In this document: positions 37,664-51,040 of the stretch, piece by piece
Layout of the letters: every line of letters begins with the position of its first letter
Numbering within the stretch: position 1 is the stretch's first letter
Assembly (NCBI RefSeq): GCF_006345805.1
Contig: NC_043020.1
Span: 13,702,001-13,766,000 of the forward strand
Length of the DNA: 64,000 nt
From: Octopus sinensis
Taxonomy: Eukaryota
Direction of reading: 5' to 3'
The notes under the pieces: generated by a model
Database searches by the model: none
What the model was told of the DNA's origin: nothing
What the model saw: the letters and a program-made list of their open reading frames with translations, nothing else
Program-made: the position numbers and the translations under genes

Positions 37664-38100
37664 GAGTGAGAGAGCAGTTCATGCCATCAAAGTGACACTG
37701 GGGTAAAATATACGAAGCCCAATATACCCATCATGACTACCCGTCTGATAAAGGTACACCAGGCACATGCATCACAACCATATGTGCGCGACATGGTGAT
37801 CTCATATCAAGATAAACAGCACATGACCTTGCAGGTGGGGCCCAGTTAGAATTTTCTTCAGGTTGAGTAGCCCATCCCGCTCAAATGGTCCCTGAATAAG
37901 GGTTGTTTAAGGATGTTGAAAGAACCACCCATGTTTACAGAGGTGAACTATTCAAACCCCAAAGAATCCCTCTCAACACATGGCTATGATGCTCCCCCAC
38001 TACTTCTGCTCGTGATCAGAGATGCACATATCGTCAGCCACTAAGGGACATGCTCAACTGGTTAAGGTCAAACAACTGACATGCAAATCTGTGGTATTGA
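37663..38100 (-). mobile_element. TAA-tailed non-autonomous retroposon (probable RLE-clade partner)
   Basis: About 90% similar copies at 27050-27428, 63020-63222 and 5480-6200; (TAT)n on both sides. Confidence 0.75.
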
Positions 38101-38107
38101 GCAGAAT

Positions 38108-38129
<22 letters not shown>

Positions 38130-38138
<9 letters not shown>

Positions 38139-38205
38139 GTTCAGGTCATTGCTTGGAATCGAACTCGGAATCTTGGGGTTAGTAGCCCGCGCTCTTAACC
38201 ACTAC
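38130..38205 (-). mobile_element. Very short tRNA-like SINE with (AAT)n tail
   Basis: gtagtggttaagagcgcgggctactaaccccaagattccgagttcgattcc; no intact acceptor stem, so not a tRNA gene. Confidence 0.65.
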
Positions 38206-39232
38206 ACAGTGGAAGTGGAGGATATATGGCTGGATGCCCTTTTTAATGCCAATGCCTTAAGATATCAACATGGGGGAGCTAAGAGAGTGATATCAGTGTT
38301 TATACCTGGTTAGTTAAGCTGAATTGTTTTGCCAAATCTTGTAGAATCAATTAATAAAATCTGAACTGTCAAAATCTAAGATTAATATTTTAGATACGTA
38401 TATTTTAAAAGAAACTTCTAAAGATGTCTACAACAGTTTTTAAGCTATAATACCAAGCCATTCCTGTACAATCACTTTGATAGCTAACATTGTCATGAGG
38501 TTAAAAAAATTTATTGACTTCAAATTTCTCTTATTTCAGTATTAATGTTGGATTAAAGTTGTTGATATCGGTTATCTTTGCTTCTGAGTTGTGTCCTTTC
38601 TTTTTGTTATTTTTCCATTCTCATTCACTGATCCAATATTTTTGATACTCGAGAAGACCAATCTTTGCATGGAACATATGTCCACACAAGATTCACTTGA
38701 TAGATAGTAGAAGTGGTTTGGGATTGGTAAATTCTTCACCCTTGTCGTTTGTCTGTTACATTCCTTTGACACTCTTGTTTAGCCCTTTCATTACCAACCC
38801 GGCTGAAACCAGCTTGGTTGTTGCCATCACTGTCTTTCTTCTACTCCGCCTTCACTCCAGTCACTCTGCTTCTACCATTACACTCTCTCTTCCTTTACCC
38901 ACCCACCTTTGTCCTTCTGTAATCACTTTAACTCATTTTGTTGGCCACATAATTTTGAACAGAAACAATGTAGAGTTGTACACTCCTCAGTCATACAGGG
39001 CCCAGTGTAACTTCATTAATGCAGGTGCCATATTAAAATGCACTCACTACAAGAGAAGGAGCAGAAACACTGCCACGCTGAAGGACTCTTTACTTGGTAG
39101 GAAGGACATCCAGCAGTAAAAACAATACCGAAAACAGATGACTGGGGCCTGGTGTAGTTTTCTGGCTTGCCAGCTCCTGTTAAACTGTCCAACCCATGTT
39201 AGCATGAAAGATGGACATTAAATGATGATGAT

Positions 39233-39263
<31 letters not shown>

Positions 39264-39920
39264 AAGAGGAGGAGGAGGATATATGGCTGGATGCCCTTCT
39301 TAATGCCAATGCCTTAAGATCTCTCTCTCTCTCTCTCACTCACACACACACACACACACATGATTAATGTACCTAATACACTTTATAAAGGGGTTGATAT
39401 CAGGAGAAGAAATTGTCAAACATGACCAATACAAGTGAGATATGTCTCTCTGACCCCTGTAGGAGACTGGAAACTCTAGATAAGAACTAACTCTTTACTG
39501 TGTTGACTTGCCCAACCTATGCGTATGATGATGATTTAACAGTTCTTATCTGCCAATGTTTAATTACTGAACCAATATTTAATTAATGTTTAATTAGCAT
39601 TCACATGCTTCATTTAGTGAGCACCTACAAGGTGATCAACTATTGCAATGATATCTTTTCATTTTTGTTACTTCTTTGTATTTTTTTTGCAGCATACTCA
39701 TATTTTTATTTTAAAATATTCCACTTTTTCCTTCGGAAAAAAGATAAGGTCTAGAATTATTACACCATTTCTTATTTATCAACATTTTACAAATGTTTAC
39801 TTATCTCTATTTCTTAGAGGTAAATAAGTAAACAAATGGGGGGGGGGCTATATAAGGGTACAATTAGAAATATAAACTTCTCAGATAACTTTCAGTCAGA
39901 TATAGATACATGCATATAGA

Positions 39921-40452
39921 TAAGGCGGCGAGCAGACAGAATCGTCAGCACGCTGGGCGAAATGCTTAGCGGTATTTCATCTGCTGTTACGTTCTGAGTT
40001 CAAATTCCGCCGAGGTTGACTTTGCTTTTTATCCTTTCGGGGTCGATTAAATAAGTACAAGTTATGCACAGACAGGACAAACAAGGACAGACAAATGGAT
40101 TAAGTCAATTATATCGACCCTAGTGCGTAACTGGTACTTATTTAATCGATCCCGAAAGGATGAAAGGCAAAGTCGACCTCAGCGGTATTTGAACTCAGAG
40201 CATAGCAGCAGACGAAATTCCTATTTCTTTATTACCCACAAGGGGCTAAACATAGAGGGGACAAACAAGGACAGACATAGGTATTAAGTCGATTACATCG
40301 ACCCTAGTGCGTAACTGGTACTTAATTTATCAACCCCGAAAGGATGAAAGGTAAAGTCAACCTCGGCGGAATTTGAACTCATAACGTAACGGCAGACGAA
40401 ATACCGCTAAGCATTTCACCTGGCGTGCTAACGTTTCTGCCAGCTCGCTGCC
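39921..40452. mobile_element. SINE family 2 cluster: a plus-strand partial copy followed by a minus-strand dimer
   Basis: Head ggcggcgagc.ggcagaa; central ctttcatcctttcggggtcgat domain. Confidence 0.85.
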
Positions 40453-42489
40453 TTATTCTTGTATTCTTGACATAAGATGACCTCCAATTTAAAAACTACT
40501 CTCTATATCTGTCCATGCTTTTTGGAACAAACACCATTTCATCTTCTGCTATTAAATGACTTCCCTGAACTTTTACAACTTCTGCCAAAATTCCCTGCAG
40601 CAACTTTTCTTCTGATCATCAAAAGATTTGAATTCTTTTTTCCATTCTGATTTTTCCCTGGCAGACTTTCATGTTGAATAAGCTCTTCTCTCCAAATAAC
40701 ATCAAATGTGTCTTTTTCTAAATTTTCCCCCCTCTCTTTTCTTAAACCACTATCAACCATGGTTGAACTTGCTGTATTCAATAAATATGTCACTGCAGCC
40801 AGAACTAATTCATTCCCTCAAATATGAATTACATTGTTTTTTCTCTCTCTGTAATTCATCATCATCATCATCGTTTAGCGTCCGTTTTCCATGCTAGCAT
40901 GGGTTGGACGGTTCAACTGGGGTCTGGGAATCCAGAAGGCTTCATCAGGCCCAGTCAAATCTGGCAGTGTTTCTACGGCTGGATGCCCTTCCTAACGCCA
41001 ACCACTCCGTGAGTGTAGTGGGTGCTTTTTACGTGCCACCCACACAGGTGCCAGACAGAGCTGGCAAACGGCCATGAACGGATGGTGCTTTTTATGTGCC
41101 ACCGGCACGAGGGCCAGGCGAGGCTGGCAACGGACACGAACGGATGGTGCTTTTTACGTGCCACCGGCATGAGGCCAGTCGGGGCGGCGCTGGCAACGGT
41201 CGAGAAACGGAAGGTTCTCTTACATGCCACCGGCACAAAGAGATCCAAACTGAAGTTATTTCCTTAACCAAATAATAAAGCAGTCTCACTGACCAGTTAT
41301 TACAGTAAATTTACATTACTCTTTTACTCTTTTACATGTTTCAGTCATTTGACTGCGGCCATGCTGGAGCACCGCCTTTAGTTGAGCAAATCGACCCCAG
41401 GACTTATTCTTTGTAAGCCCAGTACTTATTCAAAGCATCGGTTGTCAAGCAAGAATGAAGGCGGCGAGCTGGCAGAAACGTTAGCACGCTGGGCGAAATG
41501 CTTAGCGGTATTTCATCTGCCGTTACGTTCTGAGTTCAAATTCCGCCGTGGTCAACTTTACCTTTCATCCTTTCGGGGTCGATAGATTAAGTACCAGTTA
41601 CGCACTGGGGTTGATATAATCGACTTAATACCTTTGTCTGTCCTTGTTTGTCCTCTCTGTGTTTAGCCCCTTCTGGGTAGTAAAGAAATAGGTTGTCAAG
41701 CAATGCTAGGGGTACAAACACAGACACACAAACACACACACACATATATATACATATATACGACGGGCTTCTTTCAGTTTCCGTCTACCAAATCCACTCA
41801 CAAGGATTTGGTCGGCCCGGGGCTGTAGCAGAAGACACTCGCCCAAGATGCCACGCAGTGGGACTGAACCCGGAACCATGTGGTTGGTTAGCAAGCTACT
41901 TACCACACAGCCACTCCTGCGCCTATTGATATCACTAAAACTAAAACTAAAAGAGTTCGGTCTCTCCAAATTCAGCTGCTGCCTGCCTAATCATAAAATA
42001 TTCTTGGCATGAAATGAATATGTAGAACATTAAATAGTTTTGAGAAAAAGGGAATAAAACTGATTTAATTCTTCAGTTCCTTCTTCATAAACTGATGTTC
42101 TTAAATCATTGTTTACGATATTGTCATATTTGGAAGTAATTCTATTCTTATGAGATTTTCTGTCCACAAAATATATTTGAATAACCCACCACTGAGTAAA
42201 TGTCTAACTATGCAAAGTGAGATTTTGTTAACAATAATATAATTTTCCAGACTTGTTGACTTCACATTTATTGTGTACATTTACAATATTTATATCTAGA
42301 TCATTAACTTTATATCTGCAGTGCGCGCACACACACATTATATATATATATATATATTATATATATATATACATATATTGATAAAACGGTAAGATAACAA
42401 AAGAAAGAAAGAGACCTCAATATTATGTAAATAGAGGAAATTTATCTATACAATAATATGTACATTACTCGATAGTCAAGATAAAACTC

Positions 42490-42507
42490 TGTATGTATGT
42501 ATATATA

Positions 42508-42547
<40 letters not shown>

Positions 42548-42672
42548 ATATACATGTATATATACATGTATATACACATGTATATATACATGTATATACA
42601 TATGTATATATACATGTATATATACATGTATATACATATGTATATATACATGTATATATACATATATATACA

Positions 42673-42709
<37 letters not shown>

Positions 42710-42752
42710 GTATACATATATATATATATATATGTATACATATATATATATA
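42490..42752. repeat. (TA)-derived tatatacatg-type higher-order microsatellite
   Basis: Seen directly in the sequence. Confidence 0.9.
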
Positions 42753-43162
42753 CTTTATAATTAGGGTTCAGCAAAGATATGCTTTACCTTTGGTTTCTCT
42801 GGGAGTCCCTTTTTAAAGTAGAAGAAATATCTAAGGTTTTTTGACTGCTATTTCTAAACTTCGGTATGTGGTAAAGCAAATCTTTGCTGAACCCTAATTA
42901 TAAAGTATTACTTAAGTTTTCCGTGAAATGGTCTTTTTTCATGCCGAATTCTACTTGGTGAAATTATTGATTACTTCTTAATTAATTAATTTTACCCTTT
43001 TTTATTATATATATATATATATATGGGGTTGGGGGCATAAAGTTCCTGGCTTTAAGGGTATTGTGAAAGGCCTGGCTGGAGGCCCTATCTTCCAAGTTCT
43101 TTTACAGGTCTTAGAAAAACTAAATGACTGCTGCAATAAGTATGTGAATCTGAGAGGGGAAT

Positions 43163-43667
43163 ATCTATATATATAAAACTGTAGTTGTGTGAGTGTCTGT
43201 CCCCTTCGATTTAGATTCCTAACTACTCCCACATTTTGCGGTGCAGTTTAACCAAATTCGGGTATCTTATAGTTGTGATTAATATCGAGCCCGTCTGGCT
43301 ATTAGCGCGCGTCTACGATGAGTCTACGATTTTAAAAATAATTTAACATAATTTTTTATTCCATTTTAATGCATAAAATGCATCGTGTGTCGATGGCGGC
43401 GTCCACGCTCACAGCTGCACCTGTTTGCTTCTCCCCCTTCCCTCCCTCGTGAAGCTGTGGGGAAGGGAGTGTAAAGAAATCAACGTCGTAATGCGTTGTC
43501 AAGGAGACCAGCGTTCTTTTAGAACAACGACTTCTTGGCTTGAAGACACCAAAACAGAAATGGCTAAGAAAGCCCGAATTGGCATCTATAAGGGAAGTAA
43601 CTCTCTAAAAATGCTTATATAGTTATTTCCCTTACAAACCCGAACAACGCCGGGCGATACTGCTAGT
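43163..43667. mobile_element. Helentron/HINE family A copy
   Basis: Colinear with 870-1180, with an additional internal segment. Confidence 0.7.
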
Positions 43668-43772
43668 GTTGAATAAAATCATAATTAACAGATCCTCCCG
43701 TATCTTCTTTTACCCAAAACCAGGAACATTTCAGCAGACCTTTGTGTATGTATATATATATACACATATATA

Positions 43773-44375
43773 CATCATCATCATCATCGTTTAACGTCCA
43801 TTTTCCATGCTAGCATGGGTTGGACGGTTCGACCAGGGATCTGGGAATCCAGAAGGCTGCACCAGGCTCCAGTCTTATCTGGCAATGTTTCTACAGCTGG
43901 ATGCCCTTCCTAACGGCAACCACTCTGTGAGTGTAGTGGGTGCTTTTTACGTGCCACCTGCACAGGTGCCAGGGGAGTCTGGCAAACGGCCATGATCGGA
44001 TGGTGCTTTTTACGTGCCACCGGCACGGGGGCCAGACAAGCCTGGCAATGGCCTCAATCGGATGGTGCTTTTTATGTGCCACCGGCACGGAGGCCAGACA
44101 AACCTGGCAATGGCCACAATCGGATGGTGCTTTTTATGAGCCACCAGCACGGGGTCCAGACAAGCCTGGCAATGACCACAATCGGATGGTGCTTTTTATG
44201 TGCCACCAGCACGGGGGCCAGACGAGGCTGGCAAACGGCCACGATCGGATGGTGCTTTTTTACGTGCCACCAACACGGGGGCCAGACGAGGCTGGCAACG
44301 CCCACAATCGGATGGTGCTGTTTTTACGTACCACCAGCATGGAGGCCAGTTGGGGCGGCGCTGGCAACGGCCGTT
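43773..44375 (-). mobile_element. Family 3 copy with about 7 internal 60-bp repeats
   Basis: Repeated atcggatggtgctttttaYgtgccaccRgcac units. Confidence 0.85.
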
Positions 44376-44607
44376 TTTTTCTTTTAGCTGAGCCACACCA
44401 GCAATATGTACCACCGTTTTCCATTCCTTCCAACACTTAGTGTCTGGAACCATTCCTTCTTACCATTCCTGCTGTTACTTCTATTTAATCAAAAAAACAC
44501 AATCTTCATTCATAGACTTGTTGTTGTAGTTCCTTCTATATATTTGATTATGTCTTCTTGTACTGTCGTATTAGCAATACTGCAAAAGTATGTAGCCTCG
44601 GTTACAT

Positions 44608-45480
<873 letters not shown>

Positions 45481-45820
45481 ATCATCATCATCATCACCAT
45501 CATCATTGTTTTAACATCTACTTCTGCATACTCTCTTACGTCGGATGGAATTCCGACAGTGAAAGCAACGCCCCCGCCCTCATTTTTTTTCCAATCAATG
45601 TAATGCTGCCCCATGGCCATACATATTTTTACAGAAGAATGGGAACGAATGACACAGCTTGTATGAGAGTGGGTGGCACTTAATTACAGATTTTACACAC
45701 TCAACTCCTCTCACACACACACACACACACATGCACATACACTGGACTTCCATAGATTTTCCATCTCTCACTTTCACGTGTGTCTTGCCCCAGCTTCAGC
45801 AAATTGACCGCACATTCATA

Positions 45821-46449
45821 CCTATTTCTTTATTACCCACAAGGGGCTAAACATAGAGGGGACAAACAAGGACAGACATAGGTATTAAGTCGATTACATC
45901 GACCCCAGTGCGTTACTGGTACTTAATTCATTAACCCCAAAAGGATGAAAGGCAAAGTCGACCTCGGCAGAATTTGAACTCAGAACGTAACGGCAGTCGA
46001 AACACCTATTTCTTTACTACCCACAAGGGGCTAAACACAGAGGGGACAAACAAGGACAGACATAGGTATTAAGTCGATTACATTGACCCCAGTGCGTAAC
46101 TTGTACTTAATTTATCGACCCCGAAAAGATGAAAGGCAAAGTCGACCTCGGCGGAATTTGAACTCAGAACGTAACGACAGACGAGATACCACTAAGCATT
46201 TCGCCCGGTGTGCTAACGTTTCTTATTTCTTTATTACCCACAAGGGGCTAAACATAAAGGGGACAAACAAGGACAGACATAGGTATTAAGTCGAGTACAT
46301 CGACCCCAGTGCGTAACTGGTACTTAATTTATTGACCCCGAAAGGATGAAAGGCAAAGTCGACCTCGGCGGAATTTGAACTCAGAACGTAACAGCAGGCG
46401 AAATACCGCTAAGCATTTCGTCCGGTGTGCTAATTCTTCTGCCAGCACG
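45821..46449 (-). mobile_element. SINE family 2 trimer
   Basis: Three tandem bodies with one complete head. Confidence 0.9.
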
Positions 46450-47315
46450 TGGATATTGTACTCCTAGATATACTATGCCTGAATCAAAGTGGCTATGGTC
46501 CGGTCATGACAGTAATGGTTTTGATCACAGATCAGCTGGTTCAAAGCTGGCCCAGGGTTAAACAACAACAGCAACTACCACTACCACAGCAACCACTTTC
46601 ATAGCAACTACCTATGCAGTTGAATTGTCATGGTTACTACAGCAGAAATATAAGAACATTTACCTATATATATATATATATATTAATATGAAGAAGGGTA
46701 ATAAAGATTTTAGAAATTTTTACTACCAGTGGCCTAGTGTATAGAAAAATTAGTCAATAGACTAAATATTATTCATATAAAATACAGTGTGCATTAAAAC
46801 ACATTAAGAGGTATCCATCATAGGACTCCCTTACGCTAGAAGGAACAGCTAAAGAACAAACCACTAATTATCCCTAATTAGTGGTTTGGACTTTAGCAGT
46901 TCCTTCTAGCATAAGGGAATCCTGTGATGGACACCTTAATGTGTTTAAATGTACACTATATTTTATATATATATAATCGGATGAATGTATGTTCATCCTT
47001 TAATAGGGAGTTTTTCTTTAGATTTCTAATGTTTTTCTTCATACTTTACTTTCAAATTTTTTTTTAAACAGTTGTATAGATATGAAAGCTTGTATAGAAA
47101 TAATATATGACTTTTATTAAGGAAAGTTCAACAAATTTATTCATATTTATGAAATGGAGGAGACTGGATATTAAAATAGGTTTTAGTTGTTATTTTCATA
47201 TGCCTATACAATTGTTTCTTAGAAATGGACCAAGATATTTGTAAATAGAACATCGCAATGGTCAAATTTGTACTCTTCAATTGGTGATATTTAAAGGAAA
47301 ATAAAAATGAACATA

Positions 47316-47706
47316 GGTGCAGAAGTGGCTGTGTGGTAAGTAGCTTGCTTACCAACCACATGGTTCCAGGTTCAGTCCCACTGCTTGGCACCTTGGGCAA
47401 GTGTCTTCTACTATAGCCTCGGGCCGACCAGGGCCTTGTGAGTGGATTTGGTAGATGGAAACTGAAAGAAGCCCATCGTATATATGTAAATGTGTATGTG
47501 TTTGTGTGTCTGTGTTTGTCCCCCCAACATCGCTTGATAACCAATGCTGGTGTGTTTACGTCCCCATAACTTAGCAGTTCAGCAAAAGAGACCGATAAAA
47601 TAAGTACTAGGCTTACACAGAATAAGTCCTGTGGTCGATTTGCTCGACTAAAGGCGGTGCTCCAGCATGGCCACAGTCAAATGACTGAGACAAGGAAAAG
47701 AGTAAA
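47316..47706 (+). mobile_element. SINE family 1 copy
   Basis: Homologous to 2721-3130. Confidence 0.9.
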
Positions 47707-47709
47707 AAA

Positions 47710-48015
47710 GACATTTAAAATACAAGAGCTCAGTCCCAACCTGATGTTGGACCTCAAAATACATGTGCTCCAGAGAAGGAGAGAACATGCATTACCAAGG
47801 TGGTTGTAGGATATCGATTCTGCTCTGGCAAGCAGGCCTTTTTGAGAATAGTAAACCACCATCTCCTTCACGAGGCTCAGCATTTTGAGATCAACCTTCA
47901 GTACTTCACCCCATGTTTTCCTAGGTCTCCTTCTTTCACAAGTTCCATCCACTTTAAATGATTGACACTTCTTCATATAACTCTCCTCATCCATACACAC
48001 CACATGACTCAACCA
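47710..48015 (-). mobile_element. RTE-clade LINE 3' fragment
   Basis: HVVCMDEESYMKKCQSFKVDGTCERRRPRKTWGEVLKVDL resembles the RTE C-terminal GRPRKTW motif. Confidence 0.75.
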
Positions 48016-48400
48016 GCACAGTCCTCGCTCTTTTGCCCAACTTTTCTTTCAATACACTGTGCCGGTGGCACGTAAAACGCACCCACTACACTCGCGGAGT
48101 GGTTGGCGTTAGGAAGGGCATCCAGCCGTAGAAACTCTGCCAGATCAGACTGGAGCCTAGAGCAGCCCCTGGCTTCCCAGAACCCGGTCGAACCGTCCAA
48201 CCCGTGCTAGCGCAGAAAACGGACATTCAACGATGATGATGATGATGATGACACTTGCGCTCTGCTGCACATGTATTCTGACATTGCACATCCAGCAGAG
48301 GAGCATACCAGCTTTGTTCCTCTCTAGTTTTTACATGTCTTCGGCATTAATTAAATATATTTGTTAATTCTCGTTTAGCTCCACCTCCTTGTCTCATTTG

Positions 48401-48443
48401 TCTCTGAAGATGAGCACAAGTAGCTTGAAACCATGTGGTCTGG
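48401..48443 (+). ncRNA. Hammerhead-like motif, partly decayed
   Basis: CTGAAGA-t-gagc(acaagta)gctt-GAAA-cc(atgt)gg-TC; stem I is weak. Confidence 0.35.
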
Positions 48444-48574
48444 TGGTTCCATCATCTGCTAGAAGATGGTTGGGGTTCACTCCTCTGCTTGCAATATATA
48501 TCAGGTGCAGATTGCATCAGTAACCAGCTGGAGAAGGCATGCTAGTTGCGTCAGTTCCTATGGAACAGCCTTAT

Positions 48575-48960
48575 GGATGGAAGCACTCCGTCGGTTACGA
48601 CGACGAGGGTTCCAGTTGATCCGATCAATGGAACAGCCTGCTCGTGAAATTAACGTGTAAGTGGCTGAGCACTCCACAGACACGTGTACCCTTAACGTAG
48701 TTCTCGGGGATATTCAGCGTGACACAGAGAGTGACAAGGCCGGCCCTTTGAAATACAGGTACAACAGAAACAGGAAGTAAGAGTGAGAGAAAGTTGTGGT
48801 GAAAGAGTACAGCAGGGATCACCACCATCCCTGCCGGAGCCTCGTGGAGCTTTAGGTGTTTTCGCTCAATAAACACTCACAACGCCCGGTCTGGGAATCG
48901 AAACCACGATCCTATGACCGCGAGTCCGCTGCCCTAACCACTGGGCCATTGCGCCTCCAC
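48575..48960 (-). mobile_element. tRNA-derived SINE family 4 with 13-bp TSD
   Basis: Head ggaggcgcaatggcccagtggttag..ggtttcgattccc; TSD ggaacagccttat at 48562-48574 and 48961-48973. Confidence 0.9.
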
Positions 48961-49064
48961 GGAACAGCCTTATATTGATATGGTGATAAACATTATTCCT
49001 CACTATAGTTATAACTTTCATCTCTTATAGAGATTTTCTGACCAGCTGCTTTGCTCGTTAAATA

Positions 49065-49630
49065 TTGGGTTGTCTGGAAAGTGTATGCCGATTCTTAAAG
49101 GAAAGAAAAAGTTCAATAAATACTTGCCATTACATTTTTAATCAACCAAATATGAACCATTTTGTTTCACAATGCATCTCCATCTTTCCTTTAACTTGAA
49201 AATACCCTCTTCCCAGAATTGAGGTGGTTTCATGGCAAAGAATTCATCAAGGTATCTTTTTACGTCATCCAAGGAATTGAAATTTTTACCATTAAGACTA
49301 TTCTGCAAAGACTTGAATAAGTGGAAATCCGAAGGAGCAATATCTGGTGAATATGGAGGGTGGGGTAACACATCCCAGCCGAGCTGCAGCAATTTTTGTC
49401 TGGTTCCCAAAGCATCAAGTGCTGAAAATGAACTTTCTTATCTTCCATTTTAAAGGGTTACAGAATTAACACAGGTTGTAGGAAGATAAACCTTCTTCCA
49501 CGAAAAGATAGCTTAAACTGTCCTCTGAATGGAGGTGTAGTCAAATCCTATTTTATGGACTCAACCATGTTCTAAAATAAGTCGAAAGGTAAGCTACCAT
49601 AAATCGGCACAAACTTTCCGGACAACCCAA
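49065..49630 (-). mobile_element. Internally deleted mariner element with transposase C-terminus
   Basis: About 30-bp TIRs (ttgggttgtctggaaagt.. / ..actttccggacaacccaa) with TA TSDs; ORF 49138-49410 reads GWDVLPHPPYSPDIAPSDFHLFKSLQN..RW..NGSY. Confidence 0.95.
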
Positions 49631-50533
49631 TATATTTGTTAATTTTCATTTAGCTCCTCCTCCTTTTCACATTAATTAATATATTTATTAATTTTCATTT
49701 AGCTCCTCCTCCTTTTCACATTAATTAATATATTTGTTACCTATAATTTAGACTCCTCCTTTCACTCATTAATTAATTACGTCTATGCTATTTCTCATTT
49801 TCCGAATAATCTTTCAGGATTTGCTGAGATATGTCTTTTACAGTTCCATCCTAAAGGACTTCCAAAAATATATTTTTATTTTTACACATTAATTCTTTAC
49901 TTTTATCAAATTTGATTTCTAATTACATGTTTACACCACATTACTAATTACACATATTTGTAATCAATAATTAAATATCTAAGCTTAAACTTGTTATCAT
50001 TCGCTCATTAAAATAAAAATTGGAAGTAAGTTTGATAAATATTCTATTTTAGTTGTACAGGTGGTGGTGGCAGTGGTAGCAGCAGCAGTGGTTGTTGTGT
50101 TGTTGTTGTTGTTGTAGTGGGGTCGTGGTGAGAGTGGGGTAGTTGTTGTTTAGCCCCAGGTCAGCTCATTTTCAGTAGACTTATGATCAACAGCCTTACC
50201 ATCTTTGTTTGTATTTAAGATGGTCATCCCAGCTTCAGCTCAGACATAGTATTACAAGGACTACATTATCAATATGTCCTTTTTTATTTTTATTTTATTT
50301 TAAACCTAATCTGTCATTGAGTTTAACACCATCATCACCTGGCCCTCGGGTTTCTTTAGTCAACTACATTCTTAAGCAAGTATTTCAGACGGGTGCCTGA
50401 TCTGAAGAAAACTTCTTTTCTTCCTTCCACCAAAGATGGAGGCAAGGAAAATACCATGGACTCTACCATTTTTCACTTAACAAAATCATTAAAAAAAAAA
50501 TGAAAAAATACATTCACAGCAGAAAGCCAGAGC

Positions 50534-50880
50534 ATCTCTCAATATATAAACGGCAAAATGTCTGTGTGCGTGTCCTTTATACAAATCCACAATTTTTCAG
50601 TTAGAGGGCTTGCACTTTCTGTGGTCATTCAAAACTGTCCAAGGGTGGTCGTGCACATCTTTACATTTCCCCAGTCACCCCGCAAAGCCATTAAAAAAAT
50701 CAATAGAAGTGACTTTTTTGTGAATTTTCTATCCAAAATCCAATCAAAATGCCCGAAACTTGATATGCCAATTGAATGCCAGCTAGCTGTATGTGATTGG
50801 TCGGAGATTTGGACTGTACTCGCATGTATGTGTGCATGCACTAGCACTATGATTCGGCGTTGCTGGGTCATAGTGCTAGT
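50534..50880. mobile_element. Helentron/HINE family B copy
   Basis: atctctcaatatataaacgg start; terminal hairpin actagcactatga..tcatagtgctagt; sister copy at 19290-19755. Confidence 0.65.
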
Positions 50881-51040
50881 CTTATATAAAATTATCAGTT
50901 ATTTACAGCACACACACGCACACATGCACACACATGCACACAATCATAAAATCAACTTTTGATTTACTTGAAATTTTATTAAAATTAATACTAAATTAAG
51001 AGTTTTAATTAGTATTCTACCCCAACTTGGTTAATTTCAG

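Noticed and set aside
38130-38205. tRNA gene (also the heads of other SINEs)
   Set aside because: Only A/B-box similarity; no complete cloverleaf, and it has a repeat tail.
40455-40800. GSHLIAEDEMVFVP resembling a terminase Walker B motif
   Set aside because: The frame has stops and no other viral motifs; more likely a decayed unclassified TE.
49030-49062. LTSCFA similarity to GOPC LSSCFAQ
   Set aside because: Followed by an in-frame stop, with no continuation on the other side of the mariner; treated as chance.
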